A DNA stretch of 64,000 nucleotides from Actinomycetes bacterium (GCA_021801525.1 JAJYXW010000034.1:5052-69051); one strand, 5' to 3'; counted from the stretch's first letter, positions 8,662-18,386 are shown. The notes: a model not told the origin generated them from the letters alone. Program-made: numbers and translations.

Positions 8662-9999
8662 TCAGTGGAAAGGATTGGCCACCGGGTGGGTGATGTCCAG
8701 GTACAGAGAGCTCAGGAACACGAACCCGAGGAACGCGATCATCAGGTAGGCAACGGGCAGGAGCTTCCCCACGTCGGCACGGTACGGCCTGCCCCTGCGG
8801 CTCCGGATCCGCTCGTAGACGGCTACCGCGACGTGACCACCGTCGAGCGGCAGCATCGGGAAGAGGTTGACGACGCCGATGAAGACGTTGATCGAGATTA
8901 GGACCACCAGCAGGTCGCCCACCCCAGCCTGCGCCCCCTGCACGGCTGTCCGCACTGCTCCGTAGATCGACTCCGGCCTCGTCCCCTGCCTGGCCGCTTT
9001 CCTAGCTGCTGCAGGGCTCGACAGCTCCGTGACGTAACGCGCGAGCCCGCTCGGCGAGAAGACGTGTCCGAGAGCCCCGATCGAGGCGCCCAGCGTCCTC
9101 ACGAGCCCCGTAGCCGACTGGCCGACCGCCTCCAGGGGTCCGGACGTCACGGGCAGGTACGTCAGGTCCACGCCGATCAATCCGGGATCCCTTGTACCGG
9201 CAGGCAGCACCGGGCGACCACCCACCAAGACGTGCCGACCGTCAACCGGCGTCAAGGCCACATCTCTCGTCGTGCCCCCCTTGCGAATCTCGAGGGTGAT
9301 CCGCCGCCCGACATGGGAGCCCGTGACCTTCGCCACCTCGGAGAGCGTGCTCACGTGCCGGCCGTCCACGGCCACTATGGTCTCCCCCGCAGCAAGCCCC
9401 GCTCGCTCCGCCGGGCTGGTCATCCCCTGCCAGGGCGTGAGCCCCTGGATCTCGACCTTGCCGGGCCCAGGCACCCCGATCACGGCCAGCAGGACCCAGA
9501 TCAATACGAACGCCATGACGAAGTGCATCGCTGACCCTGCGACGGCTACGAGCAGGCGGTTGCGGAACGGCTTCTGCCGGTACGATCTCGGCTCGTCCTC
9601 GGGATCCACCTCCTCGAGGTTGGTCATGCCGACGATCTTCACGTAGCCACCTGCGGGGATGGCCTTCACGCCGTACTCGGTCTCCCCCCAGCGAACCGAC
9701 CACAGGCGGGGGCCGAAACCGAGGAAGTACTCCGTCACCTTCATGCCGCTCCACTTGGCCGTGAGGAAGTGCCCGAGCTCGTGGATCATGACCATCGCTA
9801 CGATTGCCGCGACCACCACCAACACATCGGTGGTACCGGTGATGATGGCTGCGAAGACAGCGGCGGCGAGCACGATCGCGAGCTCGACCAGCGGGCGCCA
9901 CGCTGCTCGTCCCGGATCCTCGCTTGTCTGGCGCTCGCCTGCGTGGCGCTGGCTTGCCGGGTCGGGCTGAGCGCGCGAAACCACTCTGTGGCTGCTCAT
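8662..9999 (-). CDS. rip1: M50 site-2 zinc metalloprotease (RseP/Rip1 family) with PDZ domain
   Basis: HELGHFLTAK (HExxH), several TM segments, central PDZ-like region, C-terminal LPLDGGH. ATGA overlap with the dxr stop. Confidence 0.9.
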   Translation of the reverse strand: MSSHRVVSRAQPDPASQRHAGERQTSEDPGRAAWRPLVELAIVLAAAVFAAIITGTTDVLVVVAAIVAMVMIHELGHFLTAKWSGMKVTEYFLGFGPRLWSVRWGETEYGVKAIPAGGYVKIVGMTNLEEVDPEDEPRSYRQKPFRNRLLVAVAGSAMHFVMAFVLIWVLLAVIGVPGPGKVEIQGLTPWQGMTSPAERAGLAAGETIVAVDGRHVSTLSEVAKVTGSHVGRRITLEIRKGGTTRDVALTPVDGRHVLVGGRPVLPAGTRDPGLIGVDLTYLPVTSGPLEAVGQSATGLVRTLGASIGALGHVFSPSGLARYVTELSSPAAARKAARQGTRPESIYGAVRTAVQGAQAGVGDLLVVLISINVFIGVVNLFPMLPLDGGHVAVAVYERIRSRRGRPYRADVGKLLPVAYLMIAFLGFVFLSSLYLDITHPVANPFH

Positions 10000-11156
10000 G
10001 CGGCGTGCTCCAGGCGCATCGCCGTCCTCCTGGCGCTCTCACGTGCCCTGCGGTCTGCCTCGACCACGTCCCCCACGCTCGAGATCACCGCCTGGTCCCA
10101 ATCCTCGAGAGCGGCGGCTACTACCTGGGAAATGGCACTCCACGGGATCCTCGCTGACAGGAATGCCGCGACGGCCTCCTCGTTCGCGGCGCTCAGCCAC
10201 GCAGGCGCCGAGCCCCCTGCCCGCCCCGCCTCCTCCGCTAGCCGCAAACACGCGAAGCGCTCCCTGTCGGGAGGCTCGAAATCGAGTGACAAGGCTGTAG
10301 ACCAATCCAGAGCCCCGTAGGAGGAGCAGAGTCTCTCCGGGTACCCGAGGGCATAGCCTATGGGCAACCGCATATCCGGCCTGGACAGCTGGGCGATGGT
10401 CGACCCGTCCGTCATCTCCACCATCGAGTGGACGATCGACTGGGGATGTACCACGACCTCGATCCTGTCGTAGGGCAGACCGAAGAGCTCGTGCGCCTCG
10501 ATGACCTCGAGCCCCTTGTTCATCAAGGTCGAGGAGTCGACTGTGATCTTCGGGCCCATGTCCCAGGTGGGGTGAGCCAGAGCATCGCCAAGGCCCACGT
10601 GAGCTAGCTCGTCCTGGCTCAGCTCGCGGAACGGTCCCCCGCTTGCTGTGATCACCAGCCTTGCCACCTCGCTCTCGCGACAAGCACGCAGGCACTGGTG
10701 GATGGCGCAGTGCTCCGAGTCCACCGGTACGATCTCACCACCGGCTGCATTGCGAACCGAGCTCACCAGCGGCGCCGCCGCTATCAGCGACTCCTTGTTG
10801 GCCAGAGCCAGCCGCCGCCCCGCGACGAGAGCAGCCAGGGTGACCGGCAGCCCGGCGAAGCCCACGATGGCGTTCAGCACCACGTCAGCAGAGCGAGCCA
10901 GGGCTTCGAGGCCCTCGGTCCCGGACATGACCTCCGTCCCCCGCGGGACCTGCTCGGCCAGCTCACCGGCAAGGCTGGCATCCCCGATCACCACCAGCGA
11001 CGGCCGGAGGTCCCTTGCCTGTGCGGCGAGCCGGGACACGTCGCTGCCAGCGGCAAGGGCCACCACCTCGAACCTGTCCGGAGCGCCATGCACGACGTCT
11101 ATGGCCTGGTTGCCGATAGACCCGGTGGATCCGGCAAGGGCTACCTTTGACGCCAA
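9996..11156 (-). CDS. dxr: 1-deoxy-D-xylulose 5-phosphate reductoisomerase
   Basis: KVALAGSTGSIGNQAIDV NADPH motif and LANKESL. TTG start at 11156 lies 5 nt after AAGGAGG, giving 386 aa. The 587-aa track ORF is over-extended. Confidence 0.93.
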   Translation of the reverse strand: MASKVALAGSTGSIGNQAIDVVHGAPDRFEVVALAAGSDVSRLAAQARDLRPSLVVIGDASLAGELAEQVPRGTEVMSGTEGLEALARSADVVLNAIVGFAGLPVTLAALVAGRRLALANKESLIAAAPLVSSVRNAAGGEIVPVDSEHCAIHQCLRACRESEVARLVITASGGPFRELSQDELAHVGLGDALAHPTWDMGPKITVDSSTLMNKGLEVIEAHELFGLPYDRIEVVVHPQSIVHSMVEMTDGSTIAQLSRPDMRLPIGYALGYPERLCSSYGALDWSTALSLDFEPPDRERFACLRLAEEAGRAGGSAPAWLSAANEEAVAAFLSARIPWSAISQVVAAALEDWDQAVISSVGDVVEADRRARESARRTAMRLEHAA

Positions 11157-11215
11157 ATCACCCTCCTTGGTCCTCCTCGGGTCGCTCGTCGCGCCAGGGA
11201 GAGCGCCACGCCTGC

Positions 11216-13204
11216 TCAGCCCAGCTTCAGCAGTCTCACCAGATAGTACGTCGCTGGCAGCACGAAGAGCAGCGCGTCCAACCTGTCGAGGAGGCCTCCG
11301 TGCCCTGGCAACAGGCTGCCCATGTCCTTCAGGCCGAGCTCTCGTTTCACCAGCGATTCCGCTAGGTCTCCGAGCGGTGCCACAATCGCCACGACCACTC
11401 CGAGCACAGCGGCAGTGCCAGGCGTCCAGGGCGACAGGAGCATGCCGGTCACGAGTGCGGACACCACGACCGAAGCGGCAGACCCCCCGAGCAGTCCTTC
11501 CCACGTCTTGTGGGGGCTCACTACCGGGGCCATCGGGTGCCGGCCGATCCAGCGGCCCACAGCCAGCGCTCCGGTGTCCGCGGCCACGGTGGCCACGATC
11601 GCACCAAGGAGGAACGCTATTCCGTGACGGTCCGGGAACTGGCCCGGAGCAACCAGCAGCGCTGCGAACGAGCCGAGGAAGCCCACCCACAAGAACACGA
11701 GCAGGGTCGCCCCCACTCCCGTGGTGACCTGACCACGCGTGCGGCGGGCAAGGTGCCAAACGAAGCTCGCGACGACTAGCGACGCAATGACCACCGGAGC
11801 CGCCGAAAGTCCCCGTGCATACACAGCCAGCATCAATGCCACGGTCGCAAGCAGACCCGGCAGCGTCGCGGGATGCAGCCTGCGCTTTCTCAGCGCGGCG
11901 TACCCCTCGGCCACGGCCGCCGTGACCACCAGAGTGAGGAAACCGACGCTCCAGGCCGGTCCGAGGGCAAACGCCACTAGTGCCAGCGCACCGAAACCGA
12001 GGCCCGTGACGATGGCCACCGGCACGTCTCGCTTTCCGGCAGCTTCTCCTGGCTCGCCTACGGCGCGCCGACCACCCCTTCCGCGCTCGTCGGAGTCCGC
12101 CGTCGGCTGCTCGGGACCACGCTCTCCTCTCGAGCTCCTAGCGGCACGAGTCCGCCTCCTGCCTCTTCTGCGGCGACCCTCCTCGATGATGCCGGGCTCG
12201 CCGAGCGCAGCCCAGGGATCGTCGGTGCGAGGGTCCACACCAGCGACCTCAGTCGGTGTGGAGGCAACATCGCCTTGGAGCTCTCCCATGGAGCCGGCAG
12301 AACCGGGCTCCCTTCCAGGCTTGCCGTATGGGCCTCGGTCCGGTTCCACGCCGAGCTCGGAGCCTTGCTCACCACCGCTCCCCGACTCCGGCAGGCTTCC
12401 TTGATCCGCCCGGTCGGCTGCTCCCGCCCGATCCCACGGAGCCTCGGGCTCGGCCTTCTCCACGCTCACACCCGGTTCTCCTTCCCAGGGCGGATCCGGA
12501 GGGGGCGTCGGGTCGAGGGACTCGAACTCCCAGGGTCGGCGCTCCTCTACCGGCGTGTCGGCCAGCGCGCCTACACCCACCGTGTCGTCGTCCTCGCCCA
12601 GAAGCGACGGCTCGAACGCTGCCTGCTCCCAGTCGTGGTCGTGCTCGCGCCATACAGGGGGCGGCGTGTCAAGTGAGCCCTGAGGGTCACCATCGTCGTC
12701 AGCACGACGGTCGAGCACGGTGGGCACTTGGCCCGTTGGCGGGTCCGTCCAGTGCGGCAGCTCTATTCCGCCGCTGCCCGCATCGCCGATAGCCGGCTCG
12801 CCGCTGTCCGCATCCGCGATGGCCGCATCGCCAATGCCCCCATCGCCGATGACCGGCTCGCCGCTGTCGAAGAGAGTCGCGCCTGACTGGAAGCGCTCTG
12901 TGGCAGACCCGCCATCAGACCCGCCAGTGGCAGCGTCGCCGACCTCACCCTCGGCAACGCCTCCCACCACGCCTCCGACGGTCCCCACCTGGGTCGCACC
13001 GATGATCCTGACGCGCTGCGTCGGCTCCGAAGGGGGCTCATCGGGAGTGCCTGGCACGTCGGCTCCCTCGTGATTCTCCGTTTCCTCGTGATCGTCCACG
13101 TCGTCTCCACCCAGCCGGGCGCCAGGGCTGCGCCTGCGTCCACCCCATCTTGCCAGCTGGCGCCCAAAGGCGCGCCCGCCGGAGCCTGTGCGGCGCTCGA
13201 GCAC
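11216..13204 (-). CDS. cdsA: Phosphatidate cytidylyltransferase with a ~370-aa acidic low-complexity N-terminal extension
   Basis: The C-terminal ~280 aa are polytopic with the CdsA signature (SPHKTWEGLLGG, SLVKRELGLKDMGSLLPGHGGLLDRLD). The ORF exactly fills the frr-dxr gap. The true start within the extension is unproven. Confidence 0.85.
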   Translation of the reverse strand: MLERRTGSGGRAFGRQLARWGGRRRSPGARLGGDDVDDHEETENHEGADVPGTPDEPPSEPTQRVRIIGATQVGTVGGVVGGVAEGEVGDAATGGSDGGSATERFQSGATLFDSGEPVIGDGGIGDAAIADADSGEPAIGDAGSGGIELPHWTDPPTGQVPTVLDRRADDDGDPQGSLDTPPPVWREHDHDWEQAAFEPSLLGEDDDTVGVGALADTPVEERRPWEFESLDPTPPPDPPWEGEPGVSVEKAEPEAPWDRAGAADRADQGSLPESGSGGEQGSELGVEPDRGPYGKPGREPGSAGSMGELQGDVASTPTEVAGVDPRTDDPWAALGEPGIIEEGRRRRGRRRTRAARSSRGERGPEQPTADSDERGRGGRRAVGEPGEAAGKRDVPVAIVTGLGFGALALVAFALGPAWSVGFLTLVVTAAVAEGYAALRKRRLHPATLPGLLATVALMLAVYARGLSAAPVVIASLVVASFVWHLARRTRGQVTTGVGATLLVFLWVGFLGSFAALLVAPGQFPDRHGIAFLLGAIVATVAADTGALAVGRWIGRHPMAPVVSPHKTWEGLLGGSAASVVVSALVTGMLLSPWTPGTAAVLGVVVAIVAPLGDLAESLVKRELGLKDMGSLLPGHGGLLDRLDALLFVLPATYYLVRLLKLG
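12779..12868. repeat. 15-bp x6 (60-bp higher order) array in the cdsA N-terminal extension
   Basis: catcgccgat(a/g)(g/a)ccggctcgccgctgtc recurs at 12781 and 12841, with 15-bp sub-units between. Encodes (I/A)GD-rich pentapeptides. Confidence 0.85.
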
Positions 13205-13219
13205 GGCGCGGACGCCCGG

Positions 13220-13792
13220 TTAGTTCTGGAGAAGCTCCTTTTCCTTGTGCGCAAGGAGCTCCTCTATCCGCTCAACATGCTCGTGCGTGAGGTGGTCGAG
13301 GTCGCGCTCGATCCGTTCGAGCTCGTCGGTCGAGAGCTCGCCGTCGTGCTCCATCACCTCGAGGTCATGGCGGGCAGAGCGTCGTACGTTCCGAACCGCG
13401 ACGCGCCCTTCCTCAGCCTTGTGCTTGACCACCTTCACCAGCTCCTTGCGCCGCTCCTCCGTGAGCGCCGGGAACGCCAGGCGGAGTACCTGGCCGTCGT
13501 CCGACGGCGTGATCCCGAGGTCAGATGCCTGGATCGCCTTTGCCACCGCTGGCAGTAGCGCTTTGTCATAGGGCGATATGACGAGAAGGCGAGCCTCGGG
13601 GACGCTGAGGCCGGCGATCTGGCGGAGCTCCACGTCGGAGCCGTACGCGTCGACCTTCAGCTTCTCCACGAGCGCGCTCTGCGCCCTGCCTGTCCTTACC
13701 GCGGCGAACTCCGAGCGCGTATGCTCCACAGCCTTCTCCATCCGCTCGCGCGCCTCGCTGATCACCAAACCGACGAGCTCCTCGTCCATCAC
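13220..13792 (-). CDS. frr: Ribosome recycling factor
   Basis: 190 aa. SPYDKALLPAVAKAIQASDLGITPSDDGQVLRLAFPALTEERRKELVK is typical RRF. Confidence 0.97.
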   Translation of the reverse strand: MMDEELVGLVISEARERMEKAVEHTRSEFAAVRTGRAQSALVEKLKVDAYGSDVELRQIAGLSVPEARLLVISPYDKALLPAVAKAIQASDLGITPSDDGQVLRLAFPALTEERRKELVKVVKHKAEEGRVAVRNVRRSARHDLEVMEHDGELSTDELERIERDLDHLTHEHVERIEELLAHKEKELLQN

Positions 13793-13835
13793 AACGCTCC
13801 GTGCGAACCGGCAGCTTCGGCCGTAAGAGAAGTCA

Positions 13836-14666
13836 TCACCAGATCAGCGTACCTATCTGATCGCCGGCAAGCGCGCGCCGCAGGTTGCCCTCTCCCATCA
13901 CGTCGAAGACGAGGACGGGCAGATCGTTGTCCTTGCAGAAGGTGACCGCGGTGAGGTCCATGATCCGCAGGTCGCGCGTGACGACGTCCATGAAGCTGAG
14001 CCTGTCGAGCCGCTCTGCCCCGGGATCCACCTTCGGATCGGCGCTGTAGACGCCGTCGACACCCGAGTGCGTGCCCTTCAGGAGCATCTCCGCTTCAATC
14101 TCAGCGGCGCGCAGCGCTGCCGAGGTGTCGGTGGTGAAATAGGGATTTCCCATCCCAGCCGCGAATATGACCACGCGGCCCTTCTGAAGGTGGCGTATTG
14201 CCCTGCGCCGTATGTAGGGCTCCGCGACCTCAGCCATGTGCAGCGCACTGAGCACGCGGGTCGGATGGCCCCTCCGTTCTATGGCGTCCTGGAGCGCGAG
14301 GGCGTTGACCACGGTTGCCAGCATCCCCATGGTGTCCGACGTCGCCCGGTCGATCCCCTGGCCTGCGCCGGTGGACCCACGCCAGATGTTCCCTCCGCCC
14401 ACCATGATCGCGAGCTCGAGATCCAGGTCTTCGCACGCGGACGCGATCTCCCCGGCCAACCTCTCCACGACCAGGCCGTCGATGGTCTCGTCGGATGCCT
14501 GGGACGCGAGCGCCTCTCCGGACATCTTCAGGACGAGCCGGCGCCGGGCACCGCCCGGAACGGGCGTATGGGTACCGCCCGGAACGGGCGTATGGGTACC
14601 GCCCGGAACGGGCGAATGGGCACCGCCCGGAACGGGCGGATGGGCACCGCCCGCTTCAGAGGGCAC
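13836..14666 (-). CDS. pyrH: Uridylate (UMP) kinase with repeat-encoded N-terminal extension
   Basis: RRLVLKMSGEAL..., MVGGGNIWRG, FAAGMGNPYFTTDT. The only in-frame start upstream of the conserved LKxSGE is GTG 14666, so the 24-bp repeats are translated. Confidence 0.93.
   Translation of the reverse strand: MPSEAGGAHPPVPGGAHSPVPGGTHTPVPGGTHTPVPGGARRRLVLKMSGEALASQASDETIDGLVVERLAGEIASACEDLDLELAIMVGGGNIWRGSTGAGQGIDRATSDTMGMLATVVNALALQDAIERRGHPTRVLSALHMAEVAEPYIRRRAIRHLQKGRVVIFAAGMGNPYFTTDTSAALRAAEIEAEMLLKGTHSGVDGVYSADPKVDPGAERLDRLSFMDVVTRDLRIMDLTAVTFCKDNDLPVLVFDVMGEGNLRRALAGDQIGTLIW
14549..14654. repeat. 24-bp x4.4 tandem array at the pyrH 5' end
   Basis: (c/t)accgcccggaacgggcg(t/a/g)atggg at 14549, 14573, 14597 and 14621, plus a partial copy. 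Encodes PVPGG(A/T)H(T/S/P) four times. Confidence 0.97.
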
Positions 14667-14693
14667 GACGGTCCCTGGCCCTGCGCAGGGGTC

Positions 14694-15488
14694 TCAGCCG
14701 CCGACTACGACTTGAGCGAAGCGCACGACCGTGGCCGCACCGAGCAAGGTAGACACGGTCCGCTTCTCGTCCTTCACGTACGCCTGGTCCAAGAGGCAAC
14801 GCTCCTTGAACCACCCTTGCATCCGCCCGTCCACGATCTTCCCGAGAGCAGCCTCCGGCTTGCCCTCGTTGCGGCTCAGCTCCTCGAGCGTTGCACGCTC
14901 CGCCGCGATCTCGGCCTCGGGGACCTGCCCCTGGTCGAGGTAGGAGGGCTTGGCGAAGGCTATGTGTACTGCGACGTCGTGCGCCAGCTGCTCCGAGCCC
15001 CCTGCCAGCTCGACGAGCACGCCGTTCACTCCACGCCCCGCTTGCATGTGCAGGTATGACCCGAGCACCGAGCCAGGGGCGAGCTCGAAGCGCACGACGG
15101 TGCCGAGCGAGATGTTCTCCTTCAGCGATGCCCCGAGCTCGTCTATCGCTGCCGCACGTTCCTCCAGGGCGGCCTCGCCCTTGGTTGCGGCAAGGTCGGC
15201 CAGCTCCTGCGCGAGCTCGAGCAGCTCGACGGATTTCGCCACGAAGTCCGTCTCGCAACGAAGCTCGACGAGGGTCGCCACCGGCCCCTCCACCCCCAGC
15301 GCTACCGCTCCCTGGGTGGCTTCGCGGCCCGAGCGCTTGGCGGCACTCGCGAGTCCTTGCACACGAAGCAGGCGGGCCGCCTCCTCCATGTCTCCCTCCG
15401 CCTCCTCGAGAGCTCGCTTCGAGTCGAGCATTCCTGCCCCCGTGGCCCTTCGCAGGGCCTGAACGTCCTTGGCGCCAAACGATGCCAT
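14694..15488 (-). CDS. tsf: Elongation factor Ts
   Basis: MASFGAKDVQALRRATGAGMLDSKRALEEAEGDMEEA (UBA-like N-terminus). ATG 15488 preferred over the TTG at 15497. Confidence 0.95.
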   Translation of the reverse strand: MASFGAKDVQALRRATGAGMLDSKRALEEAEGDMEEAARLLRVQGLASAAKRSGREATQGAVALGVEGPVATLVELRCETDFVAKSVELLELAQELADLAATKGEAALEERAAAIDELGASLKENISLGTVVRFELAPGSVLGSYLHMQAGRGVNGVLVELAGGSEQLAHDVAVHIAFAKPSYLDQGQVPEAEIAAERATLEELSRNEGKPEAALGKIVDGRMQGWFKERCLLDQAYVKDEKRTVSTLLGAATVVRFAQVVVGG

Positions 15489-15493
15489 AGAGA

Positions 15494-16366
15494 TCAACCC
15501 TCTTCGCCAGCCGAGGTGGCCGGAGCTTCACCGACCGCCGGAGCGCTCAGCTCGCCCTCTTCGCCAGCCGAGGTGGCCGGAGCTTCACCGACCGCCGGAG
15601 CGCTCAGCTCGCCCTCTTCGCCAGCCGAGGTGGCGCCGGAAGTCTGGACAGGAGGGGACGCTGCAACCTTCGAGGCGTTCTCGGCCATGAAACGACCCTC
15701 GAGCACGGCTTCGGCCATCACCCTGGAGACCAGGCTGCCAGCACGGATTGCGTCGTCGTTGCCGGGGATGACGTAGGTCACGACATCGGGGTCGCAGTTG
15801 GTGTCCACCACTGCCACCAACGGCAGACCGAGCTTGTTCGCCTCCGTTACCGCTATGTGCTCCTTCTTCGTGTCGATCACGAAAACTGCGTCCGGCAGGC
15901 GCACCAAGTCGCGTATGCCGCCCAGGTTGCGCCTCAGTTTCGCGAGCTCGCGCGTGTGGCGAAGCGCCTCCTTCTTGGGCATGGCGTCGAAGTCACCTGC
16001 GCGCTCCATCGCCTCGTACTCCTGCAGCTTCTTCACCCGCAGCGAGATGGTGGCGAAGTTGGTGAGCATCCCACCCAGCCAGCGCTCGTTCACGTAGGGC
16101 ATGCCACACGCGCGCGCATAGGTCGCGACGGGTCCCTGGGTCTGCTTCTTCGTCCCCACGAACAAGACGGTTCCCCCTCGGGCAGCCAGGTCCCGGGCGA
16201 AGGTATAGGCCTCCTCCAGACCCTTCAGGGTCTGCTTGAGGTCGATGATGTAAATGCCGTTGCGCTCCCCGAGAATGTACCGGCGCATCTTCGGGTTCCA
16301 GCGGCGCGTCTGGTGCCCGAAATGAACGCCGGCCTCGAGGAGCTGCCGCGTAGTGACGACAGCCAA
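15494..16366 (-). CDS. rpsB: 30S ribosomal protein S2 with repeat-encoded acidic C-terminal tail
   Basis: [27 protein letters not shown]... The C-terminal tail is built from 57-bp repeats. Confidence 0.97.
   Translation of the reverse strand: MAVVTTRQLLEAGVHFGHQTRRWNPKMRRYILGERNGIYIIDLKQTLKGLEEAYTFARDLAARGGTVLFVGTKKQTQGPVATYARACGMPYVNERWLGGMLTNFATISLRVKKLQEYEAMERAGDFDAMPKKEALRHTRELAKLRRNLGGIRDLVRLPDAVFVIDTKKEHIAVTEANKLGLPLVAVVDTNCDPDVVTYVIPGNDDAIRAGSLVSRVMAEAVLEGRFMAENASKVAASPPVQTSGATSAGEEGELSAPAVGEAPATSAGEEGELSAPAVGEAPATSAGEEG
15498..15640. repeat. 57-bp x2.5 tandem array at the rpsB 3' end
   Basis: Copies start at 15498, 15555 and 15612. Encodes [19 protein letters not shown] repeats. The first copy abuts the rpsB stop and the tsf start region. 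Confidence 0.97.
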
Positions 16367-16450
16367 CTCAGGCTCTCCTTCCCATCGGTTGTGCTTCCCC
16401 GGGTCTCACGCCTTGCAGGCGACCGTGGACGATCCCGAGTGCTTTGATGT

Positions 16451-16477
16451 CCGTGCCCCCCGATCGGGGGAGCACGG
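16451..16477 (-). terminator. GC-rich hairpin downstream of the sigma-factor gene (possible terminator, no U-tract)
   Basis: CCGTGC(T)CCCC-CGATCG-GGGG-GCACGG stem-loop 6 nt after the stop at 16483. No T-run follows, so function is uncertain. Confidence 0.35.
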
Positions 16478-16482
16478 AGATG

Positions 16483-17358
16483 TTAGCCGATGGCCGGTGC
16501 CACGTGCGCTCCCTCGCTCCCGGGCTGCGAACCATGGCCTGCCCGCTGCGAAGCCCTGCCCCTGTCGCCCCTGGCTTCCACCTCGAGCTCATGGGACGCA
16601 TTGAGCCTGGAGCGCAACTGCAGGACCGCCTTCGTGTGTATCTGGCAGACACGGCTCTCGGTGACCCCGAGCACCTGGCCGATCTCCGCCAAGGTAAGAC
16701 CTTCGTAGTAATAGAGCGACAACACCGTCCGCTCCCTCTCTCCGAGCAGCGAGATCGCGCCCGCCAGGGCCTCCCTGGACTCCTTGGCCTCTATGGCGGC
16801 AAGTGGGCTCGTCCCTGCGTCCGCCAGGGTCTCGCCCAGAGTCGTTCGCTCGGAATGGTCTCCCCCGGGAGAGAACACCTCGTCCAAAGCTGCGACTCCC
16901 ACGAAGGAGATCTGCTGGAGAATGCCCTGCAGCTCGGAGAGAGGAATCCCCATCTCCGCAGCCAGCTCCTCGTCCGTCGGAGTCCTGCGCAACGAAGCTT
17001 CCACGCTCGCATAGGCCTGCTCTACCGCCCTTGCCTTGGCGCGAACGGAGCGAGGAACCCAGTCGATGGCACGCAGCTCGTCAATGATCGCACCGCGGAT
17101 CCGAGGGATCGAGTAGGTCTCGAACTTCACCTCTCTCGAAGGGTCGTAGCGGTCGATCGCGTCGATCAGACCGATGATGCCGTAGCTCACCAGGTCAGCC
17201 TGCTCGACATGCTGGGGGAGGCCCACTGCGACCCTGCCGGCCACGTACTTGACCAGGGGCGAGTAGAGAACGATCAGCTGATCGCGTAGGCGGCGCTCGC
17301 CCGAGCGCTTGTACTCCTCCCATAGCCGGGCTGTAGGGCTAGCTTCTGCGGTCTTCAC
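16483..17358 (-). CDS. Group-3 sigma factor, FliA/WhiG family
   Basis: Regions 2-4 present ([58 protein letters not shown]). Lies between xerC and rpsB, as whiG does in Streptomyces. Confidence 0.85.
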   Translation of the reverse strand: MKTAEASPTARLWEEYKRSGERRLRDQLIVLYSPLVKYVAGRVAVGLPQHVEQADLVSYGIIGLIDAIDRYDPSREVKFETYSIPRIRGAIIDELRAIDWVPRSVRAKARAVEQAYASVEASLRRTPTDEELAAEMGIPLSELQGILQQISFVGVAALDEVFSPGGDHSERTTLGETLADAGTSPLAAIEAKESREALAGAISLLGERERTVLSLYYYEGLTLAEIGQVLGVTESRVCQIHTKAVLQLRSRLNASHELEVEARGDRGRASQRAGHGSQPGSEGAHVAPAIG

Positions 17359-17360
17359 CT

Positions 17361-18326
17361 TTACCCCTGCGCTCGCGGATGCGTAGCTTCGTACACCGCG
17401 AGCAGTCGTTCCTTGCTCACATGAGTGTAGACCTGTGTCGTCTGCAAACTCGTGTGGCCCAGCAGTTCCTGGACAACTCGCAGGTCAGCACCCCCGTCGA
17501 GCATGTGGGTCGCAAAGCTGTGGCGCAGCGCGTGGGGGTGTGTCGGCACCGGCGAGCGCCTGTCGAGCACGCGGCGCACGTCGCGGGGGCCCAGCCGCAT
17601 TCCGCGGCGGTTGAGGAAAACCGCCGCGACCGGCGAGGCGCTGCGCACCATGGCTTGGCGGCCGCCCTCGAGCCACTCCGCAAGTGCGGCAGCGCACCTT
17701 GCGTGCATGGGCAGCCGGCGCTCCTTGCTCCCCTTGCCAATCACCGTCACGGTCCTCGCGTCGAGGTCCACGTCCGAGCGATCCAGCGCGCACAGCTCTG
17801 CCACTCGAAGGCCGCACCCGTAGAGAAGCTCCAGGATCGCCACGTCCCTCAGCTCCGCTGCCGCCGCGAGCTGGCTGCTGCGTTTCGCTGGGCCGCTAGT
17901 CACTGGGCCGCTAGTCACTGGGCCGCGCTTCACTGGGCCGCGCTTCGTTGGGCCGCGCTTCGTTGGGCCGCCGTCGATCAGGCGTGACACGTCGTCGGCG
18001 TCCAAGACCTTCGGAAGCCGGTGACGCACCTGGGGAGCCCTGAGACGCGCAGCCGGGTCGGTTGCAAGCATGCCGCTGCGGGCCGCCCAGCCGAAGTACG
18101 AGCGTAGTGACGCAGCCTTCCGAGCGATGCTCGCACGGCTGTAGCGCCGCGTCGACAGGTAGGCGAGATAGCGCCTCAGGATCATGCGGTCGACGTGCTC
18201 GGGGGAGTCGATACCGCCACGTCCGCACCAGACGACGAAAGAGGCGACATCACTCGTGTACGCCCGCGTTGTCGCCGGCGAGCGACCTGCGAGCCTCCGT
18301 GAGTACGCCTCGAGATCCCAGCTCAT
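17361..18326 (-). CDS. xerC: Tyrosine recombinase XerC/XerD family
   Basis: Catalytic region [37 protein letters not shown]. The interdomain linker carries a 30-aa repeat insert. Confidence 0.9.
   Translation of the reverse strand: MSWDLEAYSRRLAGRSPATTRAYTSDVASFVVWCGRGGIDSPEHVDRMILRRYLAYLSTRRYSRASIARKAASLRSYFGWAARSGMLATDPAARLRAPQVRHRLPKVLDADDVSRLIDGGPTKRGPTKRGPVKRGPVTSGPVTSGPAKRSSQLAAAAELRDVAILELLYGCGLRVAELCALDRSDVDLDARTVTVIGKGSKERRLPMHARCAAALAEWLEGGRQAMVRSASPVAAVFLNRRGMRLGPRDVRRVLDRRSPVPTHPHALRHSFATHMLDGGADLRVVQELLGHTSLQTTQVYTHVSKERLLAVYEATHPRAQG
17888..17977. repeat. 15-bp x6 tandem array inside xerC
   Basis: ctgggccgctagtca, drifting to ttgggccgcgcttcg. Encodes [15 protein letters not shown] pentapeptides. 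Confidence 0.97.
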
Positions 18327-18386
18327 GCTGCAACGCTACCCACCCCAAGGCCTCGCGTAGAGGTATCCTGCCCAGTGCAGGTTCCG

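Noticed and set aside
9996-11759. Over-extended ORF calls: dxr 587 aa, tyrS 577 aa (38345-40078), rimP 269 aa (4950-5759), the nucleotidyltransferase/PMM gene 1069 aa (51921-55130), the lipoprotein 319 aa (37447-38406), and the MFS gene 520 aa (55333-56895).
   Set aside because: The N-terminal (or, for the MFS gene, C-terminal) excess is low-complexity Arg/Gly-rich sequence overlapping neighbouring genes or intergenic repeats. Internal starts with an SD sequence or ATGA coupling give family-typical lengths.
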